Shown piece after piece: positions 60,623 to 64,000 of a stretch of 64,000 bases of DNA. The stretch's first letter is position 1, and every line of letters begins with the position of its first letter. The stretch spans positions 39,494,001-39,558,000 of the forward strand of contig JBITNC010000002.1 in NCBI GenBank assembly GCA_050084985.1, read 5' to 3'. Below the pieces are notes generated by a model, which saw only the letters and a program-made list of their open reading frames with translations, ran no database searches and had not been told where the DNA came from. The translations under genes were made by a program, and so were the position numbers. This stretch comes from Nageia nagi. Lineage: Eukaryota; Plantae; Pinophyta.

Positions 60623-63600
60623 AATGTAGAACACACAAAGAGGAAACATACCAATGCTGTATACCAATCCCTAAATATAATTTTAAACAAAGTAACCTTC
60701 CAAGGAAACAAAAAAAAATGACATGAACATGAAATGCTTCACTTATAAATTTCTTTACAAATGGGTTTTTTCTAAATTAGTGTTGACTTTGAAAAAATCA
60801 TTAATTGATTTCAAAATGAATAATCAAGAATTTTGGTTTATATTTCAGCAATAGGCAATTAAATCATCATTAAAAAAGTGTACAAACTTAAGCAAACCAA
60901 CTTTATAATCAATAGTGCCATAGCAATTATATTCTTTGAAGCTTCCTTTCTCTAATACTAACTTGATCAGTTGATGCAACATATTCATAACCATCTTAAA
61001 TATGTTTGTATAATGAAAAACAATTGACCACCACTCTTATTACAACCAAATCCTCCAAGCTCTTATTACTTTCATGCTTAGACATATCAGACTAGACCGT
61101 CTTTACTCCTTGCCAACACGAAGTCCTTCATCCTACATGCATCGTCGACCAACATAACTCAATCTCAACATCACTCCAAACAGACAAAACTTTTGCCAAA
61201 ACTTCGGTTAAGATCTCCAATGTAGAACAATAATTTTTCATTCTCCATGAAATGGCGATGACTAACACTATTATTATATGCCATAGATTGTTGTAGTGCT
61301 AATAGTTGACTGCCACTAGCATCAAGCCAACTAGAAGCATTGAATTGGAGAGGAGAAACTTTGGCCACACAAAGTCATAATAGTTAACTACAATATCCAT
61401 GTTTTTTCCCTTGGTGCAAAGGATTTTTCTGTTAGACTCTTTTGATAGGAAATAATAAAGCTATGGATTTTAATTCTTGCCCTTCCTTCGCAAAGTGCAC
61501 ATGAACCAAGTGCAATCAGATTCCATCATAGTCAACACATTCATGTCTTTTAACAACAAAAAAATTGGACAAACCCTACAAATACCTAAACTACAAAGAA
61601 AACTATTGATTTTTTATACTTTATTCAGAACATTTGAAATTCACATTGTATTATTATAACATATAGGTAAATAGATGACGAGTATAGATAGGAGATTGTT
61701 AACCTCTGAATTTACAAATTGGTATAGAGATTAAGTGAATAGTTCATTTCAATTCATTATTAAGTCATTTCTGAATATGTTCATAGACTGAAGATTACAT
61801 AGTCGTAAGCTAGCTTGTTAGTTTTGCATTATTGACTTATTTGTGTGTAAGCATCGACTTACTATCAGAATATTTGTTGCTTTGTCATTTATGTAGGTGC
61901 AATGAACTTTTTAATATTTCAAATTACAATCCTCCATTGTTGAATGATTTCCGATGAGATTCAGTAGCAAAAGAAACACATACAAAGCCGGTGACCAATA
62001 TTTTCAAATGGATTAAGCTAGAAACTAAATAAAAACAAACCAACAGTAAAGCGCCTAAGAGAATGCTAGAGTTTTTGGTGCATACAAGAGTAATTGCAAC
62101 GAAACTCTCTTTGTTATTTCAATTTCGTTGGTCCTGAATGCAAAGCTAACATTCGATTGATAAACTATTTTCCATGCTTGTATTTTTCAAGAAGAAATTC
62201 AAAATCTCCATAATGAAAGGGGTGAGATTCAAGAGTCTCAATGAATCCATCATAACATAAAGTCTATTATCAAGAGCAAATTGAAGATTAAGTGTACTAA
62301 GTATCCAACATAATGACACTCATGCTATGGCATGCAAACATGGGGAACCATATTACCTGAATGATTGAATGCAAATATAATAGCTATACTTACCAGTAAG
62401 AACTCCATGGATTCATTCACAATAGCCCCCTAAAATCATGATAAATGGTTTCAATCACAACAACCCCCTAAAACTAATGTCATACCATCCGATGAATTGA
62501 AATTGAATGAAATGATATGTAATGCTATGCCATGTTATGATTATAGTTATATATCTATATACATCATCCATAATCAAATATAATAGTAATATTTACATAC
62601 TATTATATCTTCATTATATATTCTAATGAATAAAATGAAATTCACAAGTCAATTTATAATCAAATACAATAGTAAAACATAGAAGGCATTTTGTCAAACA
62701 ATTCATAGGAAACTTAAAAACGTAGCTAAATAAAATAGTCCCACAAAAAAGCAAACTGCTCTTTCTCAAAGCATTAACTTACTAAACAATTTATGGGTTT
62801 TATTGTACATGATGTCTTCTCACAACCCTCAAAGTTTCAGAACAATCCAAGTTTGTATGAGGGAGTTATGCCCAAAATACAAACAATATATTTTTAGAAA
62901 ATTATCAAGAAAAGCTACAATTTTGGAAAAGATTTTTTTAACATCAAATGGGGGAAAAAAAAGTTCAACACTTCTAATATTTCCTCATGAATGAAATGAT
63001 AACATGTTTCAAAATTTATTTTTCAAATTTGACCATTATGAAATTACCCAAATCAAATCAAATGATATCTCTATGATTTGAACAGTGAAACTCATGTTCT
63101 TGAAAAGGAATCACATCCACATCATGGTTCCTCATAATTTCTTGTAATTCAACCCATTATACTATGATAATGATATGATATAGTACGTAAAACTTAAATA
63201 AATCATTTTACCCTCATTAAATGACATTAACTAGTGATGGAATCACCTTACAACATACAACCAAAAAAATTGATCCTCCAAGATTCCCACTTTGAAAGTT
63301 TCTCCATAATTTGATAAAGGTAGGGTTTTAATAACTATGAGGGTTTCTCTACAAATATTCCAAGTGCTTTACAACCAAAACTCCTCTACAACCAGAAGTA
63401 TGGCATTTTTCATATTTTTTCTCCTTTTAACAATGACAACCATCATTTTGATAGATCTTTATGCTAAAACGAAAAGAGGGAGGGTTTCTATCATGGTAGC
63501 CATGATTGCATTTCATATCTTTACCTTTTTTCTTTCTTTCTTCCCATGTGGTTTCAGAATGGGAGTGTTAGGTACATTTATTTTTTCTTTTTTCTTAATC

Positions 63601-64000
63601 TCAACCTTAGATTCAATTTTTCCCTAGATCCAACAACTGTGGTAATTTCCAAGCAAATAAGGAATCTTCACCATTTTCCATGTGAGTGGCATATCCAAAA
63701 TGTTTTGTTATCCTTGCTAGGGTAAATATTTTCATATTTTAGAGTTTAAATATATTTCCATGGCCTTGAATGGTTTTTCCTTCAAAAGGAATATTTGTAC
63801 TATATTGTTTACCACATGCAATAAATAAGCTATGTTACTCATAAAATCAACAAAACTTTTAAATAAGTAAACCATATCTTTATTTTTCGGAATAAAATAT
63901 GGCAATGAATCTATAGTGCTAAGATAAATATGTTTATCAATGCAATTCATCATGTAAGATATGAGGTGGTTATGAATAATCCCAAGTAAATTTAATATAC

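Noticed and set aside
61020-61560. Minus-strand gene fragment (CRMKDFVLA resembling the NLR MHD motif)
   Set aside because: Multiple stops, no other NB-ARC motifs and no splice structure.
61690-61735. PPT-like ggagat, 20-bp TG...CA and PBS-like tggtatagag as a mini-LTR junction
   Set aside because: Motifs are too short and degenerate, and there is no second LTR or clear internal domain.

Overview
Eukaryotic plant nuclear DNA, very AT-rich and strongly CpG/CHG-depleted. The heavy decay of the retroelements suggests a large, methylated genome, possibly a gymnosperm (inference only). There is one host gene: a compact 10-exon serine carboxypeptidase of family S28 (lysosomal Pro-X carboxypeptidase/PRCP-like) at 21604-24092 (+). 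Its Ser/Asp/His triad and all GT-AG sites are intact, but it carries two definite and one probable single-base deletions, all in base runs (assembly artefact or young pseudogene). The rest is transposon debris: a decayed L1-type LINE (1330-6740), a full-length Ty1/copia with both LTRs, PBS and PPT (11590-16252), an older copia (33513-39987), Tat/Ogre-type gypsy gag and pol remnants, a young 5'-truncated LINE with an 18-bp TSD (31504-32256), a solo LTR (60090-60622) and a ~2.7-kb foldback element with ~770-bp inverted arms (56767-59438). The ~1.7 kb upstream of the gene is duplicated further upstream as an orphan copy broken by nested insertions, so the intact copy supplies the empty pre-insertion sites. 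I found no well-supported novel biological system. The most notable signals are the gene's homopolymer frameshifts, the orphan upstream duplicate with a conserved CpG-retaining core, the 8:0 asymmetry of CG/CHG decay between the two copia LTRs, and the long foldback element. All alignments and counts were done by eye.
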